A stretch of DNA of 64,000 nt, from NCBI RefSeq assembly GCF_009914755.1, contig NC_060934.1; one strand, given 5' to 3'. The stretch comes from the human T2T-CHM13v2.0 reference genome, Homo sapiens. The notes under the pieces are model-generated. The model did not search any database. It saw only the letters and a list, made by a program, of their open reading frames with translations, and had not been told where the DNA came from. Positions 31,800 to 48,780 of the stretch are shown piece by piece (the first letter of the stretch is position 1; every line of letters begins with the position of its first letter). Both the position numbers and the translations under genes were made by a program.

Positions 31800-33600
31800 C
31801 TTCATAACGTATTTTAACTTCTATGTATGGCTTACTCAACAGTGGGCTTTTTCTATGTTCCTCCTTCCCTCTTTCTTTCCCCCATATTTTAGCTGCATCA
31901 TATTTACATTGACTCACCATGTACTATTTATACATTAATTTTCCTCCATCATCTACCCTTTAATTTATCTTTAGGGCTATAATTACATATGTCCAAGTGT
32001 GCATCATAAATTCTTTTGCTTAAGAATTTCAAATGATCTCTTGTTTAGATAAAATCCACACTCAGATATTCCTCAAAAAAGGCATGTGGATAAGGAATCC
32101 CTAAGTTTTTGTATTTAAAACTGCTTTTCTATAACCTTGATATTTATCTGACAATTTAGCTAGAATTAAAATTCTTGGTCCACACTTCCTTTCATTGGGT
32201 TTTTGTTGTTGTTGTTAAATGCTACTCTACTGTTGCCTTTCTGTGCATATTATTTTTGAAAAGTCTGATTCCAGTATGTTTTCCTTTTTTTCTTTAGATA
32301 CTATTTTGTTTTCTGTATTCTTTTAGAATTTAAGAGGTGTACTAGGCTATGTCTTGGATTTTATCATTGTGAATCAATTTTCTCAGGTACCAAATGGGTA
32401 TTTTCAATATGTACATTCTTTATGTCTTCTTTTATACCTGGAAAGTATTATTTAATTATACAATTAAGTCTGTATCTTCTTCTTTAAATAATCTAATTAC
32501 ATGAATGTCATGAGTATTTTTTGGCCTAATTTTCATTTTAACCACTTTCTACCTATTTTTCTTATTTCTTTGTTTAATTTTCATGTTTGTAGTTATTTCA
32601 CTATCTTATCAATATCTTTCTTATGGTTTTAAGTCTATTCTTTGCAAATCTTGTAATTTAGTCTTAGTTTTCTGAGATCATTTTGTCATATTCTTCCATT
32701 TCTTTTCTCTGTTTAATCTATAATATTTACTTCTTAGTTGTTAAAATATTTGATGCAAGGTGGTTTGCAGCATATCCAAATACCTTTTAATTGCATTTAA
32801 TTTAGAGTTTTGTCTTACAGCTTTTTCTGCATTATTTCGGCGTGGGGTTTGAAGGGAAATGGAGCAGCAGAGATGTGAGAAATCTTGTTTGCTAATTATT
32901 TTATGTTTACTTCGCATCAGATTATTATTTTTCTTTTGTTCATTTTCTAGATTTTGGGTGATTTATAAGATTCCTTGCTTATTGATTTCTTCTTCTTTTA
33001 GGAGTAAAGTCCAGTTTCCATTGTATTTTTATTATTTGGTGCTGGAACGAGGTGTTCAATGTCCACTGATATCTGGCTGTTCTTTGTTCTGGGTCTGTCT
33101 GGACCTACATTTTCCCCCTTGGCTCCATTCTCCTGCTTCACCGTACAGTTGGCAAAGGGGGCTTCCCCTTCGTAGGGGCTTTTGTCTTATAACTTCACAT
33201 TTTCAAAAACAATCACATCAAATCACACATAATCAAAAGCCCTTCCCCTGTATCAGTGCTCTGATTTACAAGGACATATTTCCTAACAGGGTGGACTTCC
33301 CCTTTCTGCTGGTAATATTAGAGAAATTTGAGGCCAGATGCTAGCTGCCTGCTCTTCTCTTCCCTGTGGTTGTCCTTGGACAGCCTCTAGAGCCTTGCCA
33401 TAAAGACTGGCAGGAAGTGTGTGAGCAGGTGCTTGCTGGGATTTTGTGATTTTTTTTAAATTTTTTATTAATAGTTATTTTGAACCTTTTTCATTTTCTG
33501 TCTGCTATTTATGCCAAGGGTACTGGTTTGGGGTAGAGTATCTATCCTTTTGTTAGTTTTGTTTTGGGTGTGTTTGGTGACACAGACAGGTAGCAGCCAT
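31800..33600 (-). mobile_element. Ancient L1M/HAL1-like ORF1 and 5' remnant
   Basis: T-rich, with 'ttagctagaattaaaattcttggtccacactt' and 'gaaaagtctgattccag'. Confidence 0.55.
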
Positions 33601-33649
33601 TTTCTTCAGCTGTCCAGAGTCAGGAATATATGTGTAATAGCCTATTTTG

Positions 33650-35311
33650 TATTCTCTATAGACTTATTAATTGCAGTTTTGAGCCTATTTTTTTTTTGGT
33701 TGTGTGTGTGTGTGCATGTGTGTATGTTTGCTTCAAGGCTGACAATACAAACCTTTAACTTATCAGAGTTCATTTAGAGTCAGTACTGTTCCACTTCACA
33801 TTTCATCCGTGATACCTTCTTCTTCCTACTTCACACTTTTTACAATACATTTGGCATTTCCCACTTCCAACTTTACATTCCATCACAAATATAATAAACA
33901 AACTATACCATGTTGACTTATCTCACCCCAGCATCATTGTTATTTTTATCATATATTTTATTTCTATGTATGTTATAAAATCCACTTTTCAATGTTATTA
34001 CTTTGGCTTTCAATAGTCTGTTGTTTTTTAGAGAAACTTATAACTAGGAAAAATAATAACATATTTTCTTTTTATATTTACTTGTGCTCTTTGTGTTATC
34101 TAATGATACAACTTTCCATCTGTTATTATTTTCTTTCAGCCTGAAGAATATCTTTTAGCATTTCTTATAGTGTTTTTCTATTAGCTATTAATTTTCTCAG
34201 CATTTGCTCATTTCAAAATGTATTCTATTCATTCCTGTTTCCGAAAGTTATTATTGCTGACTATAGAATTGGGGACTTAAAATTTTCTTTTGTTTTATTT
34301 CATTTAGGCCTTTAACATTTCATTATGTTATCCTCTTTTCTCTATTGTCTACAATGAAAGGTCAGATATAATTTTTGACTTTGTTATCTCGTATGCACTC
34401 TGTCTTTATTCCTTTCCTGCTTTCAAGATTTTCTTTTTCTCTTTGGTTTCAGCAGGGTTTTGCACTGAAATTCTTCCACTAGGACTGGTCATAAACACCA
34501 CACTGCATCTTTTCTCACCTATGTGGCTCTATGTGTATTTAAAGGGCTTTGACTTGCATGCATTTGAGTTTGTGCTTTGTTAGGAGATCTGTGAAAATCT
34601 CAAGCACTTCTTAAGCTTTTAGCCAGCTCAATCTCTGAATTCTGTCTCCCTGTGGAGCTTTGTGAGGGCTTGGATTTAGACTTTGATCGGGAAAATCTTG
34701 AGTTCAGTTTCTCATAGCAAGACCCTTACTCTTAAGGAAAGTCTTTCTGATGTCTCAGCTGGATGCCTACAGCGTGAAGGAGAGGTTAAGGTGGTCTCTT
34801 CACACTGGGTAGCCTGGAAATCCAAGGTCTCGGATAATCCTTGTCTTCTAGTGTCTCAATCCTATAACAGCTGGTTAGGCTTGGGTAATTTCACCTACAT
34901 ATGAGCAGCCTATCCGTCAGGCCAATGCTTAAGGTACCCCCTACAGGAGCTTTTGAGCACCCCAACCTATGCAGTTATGTCTGTCCCTCCATTCTGTGCC
35001 CCGCTCTGCAAAGTCCGACCACTTCAATTGCCCTAAATTCTGATCTCTGCCTCCTCAACATGTTTCAAACACTGTGCACTGCTTGGACTCCAGCTCGATG
35101 CCACAAAGTCAGGAAACTGTCCTAGGCAAAAAGCCAGGACAATTTGGAGACTCACCTTATGAGTTTTCTTTCCTTCAGGAATTACATTTCTACACTGTCA
35201 ATTGTCTAGTCTCTGAAAACAATTGCTTTGTATTTCTCCAATTTTATGTTTGTTTACAATGGACAGGCTAGTGTGCTACCAGTTACTCTGCTATGACTGG
35301 TGGTAGAAGTC
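33650..35311 (-). mobile_element. Old L1M ORF1 and 5' end
   Basis: 'cagcctgaagaatatcttttagcatttcttatag'. Terminal 'ccagttactctgctatgactggtggtagaagtc'. Confidence 0.7.
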
Positions 35312-35332
35312 CCACATTTTACATTATATCAA

Positions 35333-36135
<803 letters not shown>

Positions 36136-36244
36136 ATGGCCTACGTATTACATCAGTTTTGGAAACAGTGGTCTTTAGATCCATGGAACTTCTAAAGAAC
36201 ATTGTTAGCCAGAGTTTACAAGTCAAATATTATTTATGAATGCT

Positions 36245-36535
36245 AGCTGTATTTTATGTACTGTGCTAAGAATTAGAGATAAAGAGACAAAAGACGCAAA
36301 AACCAGGAATGGCTTATGATCTTATGTGGCTTATAGATATCCAGGGGTAATTGAAAATATATGGTTTAACATTTACAAGTGTGAAAACTGGAGGGAAGGA
36401 GGAACATATGACATTAAGGGAGGACATAATAAGAAGACCGAATTTATTTCTAGAGTGGTCAGCAATATTTGTGGAGGATACAAAAAAGTAGAAGATATAA
36501 GTAGGCGTCAGATGATCCAAGGCCAATTACACCAT
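36245..36535 (-). mobile_element. Probable L2 3' fragment
   Basis: 'tactgtgctaagaattagagataaagagacaaaagac...cttatgtggcttataga'. Confidence 0.45.
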
Positions 36536-38084
36536 TGCTATCTCAAGTTTCATATTTTTCCACTCCCACCCCAGTTAGATTTCTTACTCCAAAGTGTTAT
36601 TACGAGGATTAAATGTGTTTATTTAATGCCATATGGTGAACACTCAGTAAATCTGAGTTTTCCTCTTAATTCTTATTTTTAAAATATTGTTTCCTAGCAA
36701 AGGATCTGAAATCTTCCTTATTTTTTGAGGCTGTCTCATGCTAGAAGAGATGGCACCTTGTCAGGTATGAGCTTACCAGTCTGAAGCATGAGACACTTTC
36801 CATCTGCCTCTCTCTCTCTCTGATCTTCTGGAAATGTATTTATCCAAAGCAGAATGATGACATTTATTTCCTGATACATTGGCATGAATAAAATGCGGTT
36901 TCCACGAGTCAAATTTATTCCCCAGGAAGGTATATTTTTTTGTCTTTCACACACTCCATGGCTTCCCACCTAAGCTCCAATAGAACGAAAGCCTTCTTGT
37001 TTCCCTGCTTCCTGGGCCAACTTTTTCCAGACCATAATCCTCTTAATTCTTACATTTAACTTCAAATCTAGCCTCTATTTTTGGTAACAATCCTGATCCT
37101 GGTTAAAACTTATTTGTGTCTTTTAGATGAGCCCTGGTTTCTGTTAGTCTGTCCGTGATACTGGTTTATGGCTGATTTGCTGGGAAATGATGCCTGTCTC
37201 AGCAGATAGGTGTATCTGTCATTATTGCACTTTCTACCAAAGTGTGGACTTTGTCACACTGTATATATTTTTCACAAACCTGTTCTTCCCTAATGGGAGG
37301 ACTCATTCTAAGATGAGACGCACCACACAGTAAGCTCCCTAGAATGAGAAGTAACAGGATTGATCCTATGTTCTAAGATTTTACGATTCCTTCAATTTCC
37401 TTTAATTCTAGAGCAGAAAGATTGTTTGAAGTACCTACCTCTTGGAGAACAATTTCTTTCCCCATACGCAAAAGTGGTAAGGAATGGCATGAAAAAGAGC
37501 CTGGTATTTATTTTTGCTTTAATGAAATTGCCAAATTTAACAGCATTATACATCAACTAGAATAAGCAGTCACTAGGTATCTATAATACTTTTCATACTG
37601 CTCAAAAAACAACAGTGGTTTCAGAGTTCGAGATTAGGGTTCCAGTCTAAAATTTGCAAGAAGTTATGCGGTTATTTTAGGTAAAACAAAAAAAAACCCC
37701 AAAACTTTATCTCTTTGGATTTACTTTCATGTCTATAAATTTGAAGGAATAAGCTGAGAGGTCTGCTAAATCTAACACTGCCCAGAACTCCTTTAGAAAA
37801 CCACAGTTCAAACAAGTTGAAGAAATAAAGAAAAATGTTCACTTAACTGCAAATAATAAACTGTCAACCAACTTTAGAAATGACTGAATCCCTTTCCTCA
37901 TCTTACTCTCTCTTTCTTTCTCCCCTTCTTTAATGCACATCCTAGTCTGTGAGCTCTGCTTTTCAATATGCTGGTTTTTAAAGAGGGGCAACATTTTTCT
38001 ATTTGATAACAAAGATGGTTTCATTGCCATTGGTTTCATTGGGTGGTTATAGATATCAATACCAGAAAAAAAATAGAACACACT

Positions 38085-38523
38085 TGTAATGGTAAATTTT
38101 ATGTGTCAACATGGCTGAGCAACAATGTTCAGATATTTAGGCAAACATTATTCTAGATGTTTCTGTGAAGGTGGCTTTTTTGGATGAAATCAACATTCAA
38201 ATTGGTGAACTTTGAATAAAGCATATTGTCCTTCATACTGTTGGAGGGCCTCATCCATTCATTTAAAAATCATGATAATAATAAAAAAAATGACTGTCCT
38301 GCCCTGAGCAAGAGGGAATTCTCAAGCAGACTGCCTTGGACTCCAGCTGGAACTCCTCTCTGAAACTCCACCCTGTGGGCCTTCCCCATTGGGTTTTAGG
38401 TTTCTACCCCTCCACAATCTGATGAATCAATTCCTTATAACAATTCTTTCTCTATATATAAGTAGGTATACACATCCTTTTGTGGGAAGTCAGGAAATTA
38501 TTATGTATTCCCTGACTAATATA
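38085..38523 (+). mobile_element. MLT2 (C/D-like) solo LTR
   Basis: Starts 'tgtaatggtaaattttatgtgtcaac' and ends 'ccctgactaatata'. Confidence 0.85.
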
Positions 38524-38734
38524 ACTTTTTCCAAAGAGTCTGAGCAAATGGTTTCAGATTAATGATGACTGAGTTATCATAACTCTCTTGTTTCACAGCC
38601 TGAAAAAAGTGCTAGAGCCAGACAAGTAGAGGTCTCAAATTGACCATCACTAGGGCACCTATTATCCTTGATAACTGGGTAGGGATCAGCTGAATTGCAG
38701 GTACTGACAACATGGGTTCATCTAAAAGGTAATA

Positions 38735-39063
38735 CATTCAGCCCTCCATATTCACGAGTTCCAAATCAATGGATTCAACCCACTGAAAATATTATAAATA
38801 AACGCATAACAACAATAGAACAATAAAAACTAATGCAAATACAAAACAATACAGTATAACAACTATGTAGAATTTACAATGTATTATTATAAGTAATCTA
38901 AATATGATTTAAAGTATACAGAAGGATATGCATAGGTTCTATGCAAGTACTATGCCATTTTACATAAAGAAAGTGTAAAAATTTTGGATTCCAAAATTCC
39001 ATGTATTTTGGTATCTGCCAGGGATCCTGAAACCAATCCCCCATGGATACAAGGGGATGAATG
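38735..39063 (+). mobile_element. Tigger3a (MER7-type) non-autonomous DNA transposon
   Basis: TIRs cattcagccctcc / aaggggatgaatg. TA on both sides (38733-34, 39064-65). Confidence 0.85.
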
Positions 39064-39399
39064 TAAATACGGAGAGCAAATACCCACTATACTAAATTTA
39101 CACTATTTTATGATTCTACTCCCTGATATTTTCCTTGTCTTATAAAACATATTTCTCTCTGCAATGATAAATGTAAGCAAAACTTTGCATCTAAAAATGC
39201 ACATATTTGAATAATACAGTAGACAGAAATTCCATACCATGTTAGGATGTCTATGAACAGGAACACTTATCCAATCACGTGTTATAGAAACCAAGGAATA
39301 ATAAATTTTATAAAGACTGAGTATGTATACAATGGAGGTGGAAACTGAATCAACAAAATGAGAAAAATTCCATTAAAAAATTATAGCAAGCATCAGTAA

Positions 39400-39590
39400 A
39401 ACTGAGTGTTTTTCCTAGTTCTGATATATATGCTATAGCACCCTATGAAAGTCACTTTAATCATTTTTAGTGTCTTTATTTACAAATTAAGAAATACTAT
39501 ACTTACTCTTCCCACCTCTAGAGTTGTTACAGAGATTCAAGAATGCATGCGAAATCACTTTGACAACTATTAAATCCTATGCAAACATTA
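39400..39590 (+). mobile_element. Probable MIR
   Basis: 'aaagtcactttaatc...ttcccacctctagagttgttacagagattcaa...gcgaaatcactttg'. Confidence 0.5.
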
Positions 39591-41516
39591 GCCTATATAT
39601 ATTTAAGAAAAAAGCTTTTACCTCCTGTATTACTATGAATCTAAGAAGACTCTCCTAAGGAAGGAGGTGAAGTTTTACAGCTGCAAATGATGAGCTAACT
39701 CATTGAGTCCAAGCTTATGTTGAAGGTCAAAGGCACTCCATAGTAGCACAGTTTTTCCTAAAATAATACTTGGGAATATCAATTAGCTGCCATGAAAATT
39801 TCCTCAAAGGGGTTGAAATGTGCCTACAAAAGACCTGGTAAATGAGTAATTGCATTTTGTTGCCATTACAAGTTATTGCACATGATAAAATCTTCTAAGT
39901 AGGTTTAACATTTCCAAATATTTCACTTAGGCACACACAGTATGTAGCAATTAGACAAGTAATTACTAGGGTTTGGGAAAGGGACTCCATAGATGGGCAA
40001 ATAAAGGAAAAAGTTGAATTCATTAAATTCAAGATGTAATATATAATATTCTCTAATAATAAATTATTCCTTCATATAATCCTTTATCTTTTAATGAATC
40101 ACTCTTCCCTTGCTTACTCCTAAAGTTTTTCAAAGATGGTACTCACCAAAATACATTGTACTCCAACACATAGAACACAAAAAATAAATGCAATGTCCTT
40201 AATTTAACTAAAAATGCAACATACAAGCACTTTTGCTAATAATTACCTTATTTAACTAAATCATATGTGGTCATGTATCTTATATTTGGGAATTTAAAAT
40301 ATCAATATTGCTTTTGAGAAAAGAAAAGAAAAGTTAGCTAAAAAAAGAAAAAGAAATATGACTGAATAAAAATGTAGGCCTATAAAAAAGAAGTGAAAAG
40401 AAAAAAAGATGCATAACAAAACCATTTAAAGCTACATTTTAATGCTGTATATAAAGACATAAAAGTTGTAAATCTTTAAGTTATTCCATTTATTATATTT
40501 TGTTTTGTTTTTTAACCATCAGTATATACTACCTTGCCTCATCCTGAAGCAGCTTGAAAGTCATCCATCTTTGTCTTGTGGGATGAATGAATTTCAGTGA
40601 GTGGAAGAACCAACACTATTTTCAAATTTCATCTCAGCAAGTGTGAATATGCTGCAGCTGCATTTCCTTGTCATAATTAATTCCTGTTGGAAAACTTCAT
40701 TACCAGGAGTTGGAAGGCTCATGTAGAAGGCTTGGCTTCCTGAGGCCAGATTTAGTCTGGAGCATGCACAGCTGTGAAATTCCAGGAAGTATGGAAGCTG
40801 TTCAGGAAATGATGGAGCAAACTTCTACAACACCAGAGAGAACAGTCTGGCAGTTCAACATAGGGGCTCGTAGTCTCCAAGCTGAGTTGTAAGCAGAACA
40901 GGAGGAAAAAAGTATATCTTTTTCTTTTGGCTTTGGCATTTCTTTGGATGCTCATTAACTCTCCTGTTTATGTCTTTGCCAGGTGGTAAGACCAGTACTA
41001 CTTTGTTAGGTATGTGGATCTTGCAAATACCTCAAATGTTTTCCTCCATTCAGATTTCTAGCTGTATTTTTCTTTAATCAAACATAGGTGCTATTTTATA
41101 ATAGTTTAGTTCATGATCCAAATGTACTTTGCTTTAGAAAGCAATGTGCTCTCAGAGGCAACATCCTAAAATTCCTAATCCTAAATGTCGATTTCATCTA
41201 ATCAGAAATGAATATAAATCATAAAGGGATTCAATTAAAGAAACAATAAATAAAACTGTAGCATACCCATGGAAAATTGGAGTAGTAATAATTTTTATTT
41301 CAAATATTCTTTACCCTGTTAAATAAAGGATGGGGTTTGGAAAGATGGCTATTGTAAGGGTCAACAGCTCTAGGTGGACAGGGCAAAGACATAACTCTTC
41401 ATGCTCCTTCTGGGTTGTGGTTTCTTTTAATGGCATGTCAGGTCACTTGGACTAAGACTCCAGCTCCAAACAATAAAACATTTTGTTCAAGCTCTTTTGA
41501 AAATTAACTAAATATC

Positions 41517-42202
41517 TATCTTATCCTTTCAGGCTGCTATGACAAAATAGCATAAACTGAATAGCTTATAAGCAACATAAATTCATTTCTCAAAGTTCTG
41601 GAGGCTGAGAAGTCCAAAATCAGTAAGCTGGCCGAGTCAGCACCTAGGAAAGTCCTACTTCCTCATATAGGTTGCCGTCTTGCTGGGTTCTCACATGGCA
41701 GAAGGAATGAGCTGGCTCTCTGTGTTCTCTTTTCTAAGGGCACTGCTATGGTCTCAATGATTGCCATTCATATGTGGAAATCCTAACCCCCAAAATTATG
41801 GTATTAGGAGGTGAGGCCTTTGGAAGTTAATTCGGTCATGAGAGATCCATCCTCACGGATGGGATTAATGACCTTATTAAAGAGCCCTGAGTAAATGTGT
41901 TCTCTTTTTCCACCACGTGAGAACACAGGTAGAAGGCTTCATCTTTGAGGCAAAATGTGAACTTTTATCAGATAGGAAATCTGCTGGCACCTGGATCTTG
42001 ATCTTCCTGGCCTCTAGAACTGTAAGTAATAAATGTCTGTTGTTTATAAATACCCAGTCTAAGGTATTTATATATAACAGCTACAAGGGACTAAGGCAGT
42101 CATGAATCACCCCCCAAAGGCCCCATCTCTTAATACCATCAACTTGGCGGTTACGTTTCAACATATAAATTTTGTAGGAACACAAACATTGAGACCATAG
42201 CA
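41517..42202 (-). mobile_element. MLT1A-type MaLR LTR (host), split by a second MLT1
   Basis: Ends 'tatcttatcc...' and '...aacattgagaccatagca'. Perfect TSD atatc at 41512-41516 and 42203-42207. Confidence 0.88.
41744..42098 (+). mobile_element. MLT1A-type LTR nested in opposite orientation
   Basis: Starts 'tgctatggtctcaatg' and ends 'ggactaaggca'. Confidence 0.85.
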
Positions 42203-42769
42203 ATATCTAAATATTTATAAAAGTAAATTCCTTGGCCATTTTTTTGCATGAAATCTTGAAACCAAAAACATACAAGAATAATCAGATCACTGAATGTGCT
42301 GATGACCTGAGTGCTTTTCCAGTTCCTGACCTTGACATTTACACTTTAGTTTAATATTCACTGAGAAGAGAAAGGATTAACAACAGGTCTGTGACTCAAC
42401 CCCTCTATGCTCCAGCATTCCCTAAGGAATGACTAACTTCAACGAGTCCTCCCCTAAGGATGTTCTTATATTTACCAGCAGAAAGATTTAAGGGAGGCAT
42501 TATCTCTTAAAAAATGGTTTTTAGAAACACTCAGCCAATCTCTCCAAATTTCATTTTATAAATAAACTTTAAATTATGGGGCATTGGTGCTGCAGAATGA
42601 GTGTTAGTCACATAAATAGTGGTATCTTTGTAACTAATGGGAGATAAATTAAGAAGCCTTAAAAGGAAAAGAGCTTCCTTTGCGAACAATCTTTCACATG
42701 CGTTCTTGAAAACTTGTCTGTTAATCCAAAACTGAAATATGTTCTAGTGCAGGGAAAGGGGCTCCTAGA

Positions 42770-43910
42770 AATGTCAACAAAAAATAGGAAACAGATCAAT
42801 AGAAATGGTAAATAAAAATATGAAAAAAGAGTTCCGTCTCATTGATAAGACACATAAATGTATTTAAAGATGTCGTGTACTCTACAGATGAGCAAATATT
42901 TCTTAAAAATGAGTGTCTGAGGTACATGTGTGGAAGAAAGGCAATTGTTTACGCAAATTCAGTGGAAATTTAACTTGATGAAAGCACTTTGGAAAAATGT
43001 TTAGAATCATCAAGTATGAATGAAGGTGTACCTGATTTATGACACAAGAATTCCAGTCACATGTACATAGTTTAGAACAATGCATTAACATATCACTAGG
43101 GCATATAGCATAATCCAGTCTGCCTACAATTGGCCCATTGGAGACACCTAAGTGTCCATAGCAATGTCTGGATAAATATGTGTGGGCCAGGTACAGTGGC
43201 TCATGCCTGTAATCTCAGTGTTTTGGGAGGCCGAAGTGGGCTGACTGCTTGAACTCAGGAATTTAAGACCAGCCTGGGCAACAAAGCGAGACTCCATCTC
43301 TACAAAAAAAATTAAAATTAGCCGGTCATATTGGTGAGCACCTGTGGTCCCAGCTTCTCAGAAGTCTGAGAGACTGGATTGCCTGAACCCAGGAGCTAGA
43401 GGCTGCAGTTAGCTATGATCACACCACTGTACTCCAGCCTGGGCGACACAGCAAGATCCCATCTCAGGAAAAAAAAAATGTCAAATAGTTTAACATAATT
43501 CAAAATAAAAATAAAAATTACAGTGACATATATTACCATAGATTACCTTACAAACAAAATTTAAATTAAAACCAATGTACAAAATAACATAGATATATAT
43601 TCTAATTATGTAAAGTTCAAAAACAGGCAAAACTAAGCTATAATATTTAAAGAAGGTGACACAGTTGATAAAATAGGAATGAAAGGAAGGAAATTTGCAA
43701 CATAAATGTCAGAAGACTGATTTCCTCAAGGAAGCAGAAAGTTGTGAGGGGTAAAAATGCATTGATGTTCTCTATCTCGCTTATTTCTTTATGCTTTTTT
43801 TCTATATGGTAATTACAGAGATTTTCCTGTAGTTCTTTGTATTAATTTTTTCTTATAAGTGTTATGTACATGTATGCTTTATACAGTATTTCAATGAAAA
43901 AAAAATAAAA
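42770..43910 (+). mobile_element. L1ME-type 3' end, interrupted by an Alu
   Basis: 'gaaagcactttggaaaaatgtttag', 'ttcaaaaacaggcaaaactaagctata'. A-tail near 43900. Confidence 0.6.
43185..43478 (+). mobile_element. AluJ
   Basis: 'gcctgggcaacaaagcgagactcc' and 'gaggctgcagttagctatgatc' (J diagnostics). Confidence 0.9.
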
Positions 43911-44841
43911 ACATGATTCCCACTTTTTAATTCCCTGAGAATATTGGTAAATATTTATTTTTAGATCCCACAGTTGATAAAACATAACACGGAAAACAGA
44001 CAGATGTTCCCAAGCAGACCTAAAATGTTAGCCAAATATATTTATCAGAGACCAGCTATGTCCTTCCTTTAATTATCCTGGAATGGGAAATGAAGAAGAA
44101 GGGGGCAGAATTAAAATAAGGAATGAAAAGTGGATATAAGTTATTTCAGAGTTCATGTGTATGTGAGATGTATAATATACTCTGAGAAAATCGATTGACT
44201 TAGAATTTGAAAAATATAAAATATATGACATAATGCACATGAAAAAATGCACATGATAAATTGATAACACATAATGAATAAATTCCTTTGAAAGTATTAA
44301 TCCATTTATGCTACACTATATTTTCTAGCAATACTTCCTGTTAATCTCAGATAAATGAAAACATAATAATATATAGCTATAAAATAGTGATCATCTCTAT
44401 GTAAACAATACAAAATTAAAATTGTGTTAATTTTCTTGGGTTTTTAAAAGTTTTATCAGATACAATTTCTGAAATATGCAGTGCTATCTTGTTTATTCTG
44501 TAGTTCCCATTCATCATCAAATTATTTCATATTTATTTTTATCACAATGGTACTGTGATAAAACATTTGAAATTATATTCGTTTATATCTTGACTTCAAT
44601 ATTATAACTTCAATGTTATGACAAAGTTGAGACCCTTTGATTTTTTTTCTTTTGAGGTCTTAGACTTTTCTGAAAGAATCAGAAATATACTTGAGAGCTG
44701 AGGGAGATTATTTCAACTCAATAAAAGATAAATGTACCTATTTCACTGGGTTTACATAAAAAATAAAAGAAATAAGTGGGTCTGTTATAGAGTTTAATTT
44801 CTATAACTGAGAAGGAAACTGGAAGTTTATATAAGGGTCTT

Positions 44842-45192
<351 letters not shown>

Positions 45193-45830
45193 TTAGTGCT
45201 AGCTCCTTGGCTTTAGTTATTCTCAAACCCCAAATGTCAAATTGAATTACCATTAGGATTTCTCCAACTTGCAAGGTCTTGTCAAAGCTGCTCAGGAATC
45301 AGTTGTATGTAATCCAACTCACAGGGAAAGAATTTTGAATTTTGATTACAGCTATCAATGCGGTCCTATATTTCCCTTCTGTCTTATTGAAAGATTTTTC
45401 CTGACTTCTCCAAATACTGGGCATTTGATAGAGGGTTATTATCTGGAACTCCAAAAAAATTTTCCCTGGATACATCTTTGGGCTTAAACTTAATTTTTAC
45501 TTTAGAATATTTTTATTTGGCATTGTCTCTACCTAGCTGAAGTGTTCTAAAGATCAATTTGTATTATTTCTCATATATTCGTAGGAAACACAAATTGTCA
45601 TCTTTAAGTACTCACAGACACTAATATACTCCCATAAATATATTTTCTTAATATGACTAAACCCAAAATAGCTCACTACAACTATCATCAGTAATTAGGG
45701 GCTGTGGCTGGAATGTATAGATTTTACTCCAAAGCTACTCTATCTATTTAAAATTACCTAACACAGGTTGATATAATCAAAGAAATTTGTGAGCACAAAC
45801 ATATAGGTTTAGTCAATTCACATACTGCTA

Positions 45831-48239
<2,409 letters not shown>

Positions 48240-48696
48240 AAAAAAAACAGCAATATACTTGGTATACCAACAGAACTTACATTTTTTCATTTTTGGCTGC
48301 TGCATTGGTGCTCAAAGCTGGGTGGCATAGACATGGCTATCTATCTGGTAATATCACTTCTCACATATTTGGAGATATCTGAACAAGGAACGTCTAGACT
48401 TCATATCTCTAAATTTTTCATTCAAAATATTTCACGACTTTGGACAAAGAATTTTGATTACTTCATTTACACTTGAATATAAATGAGAATCAGGATTTTT
48501 TTCAATGAGAAGTTGATGAAGATGAGAGTATGAGAACTGCAGGTTCCAGCGACACTGTATTTTGCTGATACGCAAATGATAAAATAGTTCTTTTTTATTT
48601 CAGTTTGGCTAGCTTAAGTAGTCAAATTCTTACTAAGTATTCAATGATAACTTCTTCTTGCATCCTTTTTCTCAATAAAGTCAACATTTTTATTTA

Positions 48697-48780
48697 TATA
48701 CTATATAAAATATACTATATAAATATAATATACTATATAAAATATACTATATAAATATACTATACTATATAAAATATATA
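48697..48780. repeat. AT-rich minisatellite, unit TATACTATATAAA(A), about 5-6 copies
   Basis: Direct reading. Confidence 0.85.

Noticed and set aside
32859-33344. 161-aa hydrophobic ORF
   Set aside because: Lies in T-rich antisense L1/HAL1-like sequence. No domain or splice structure recognisable.
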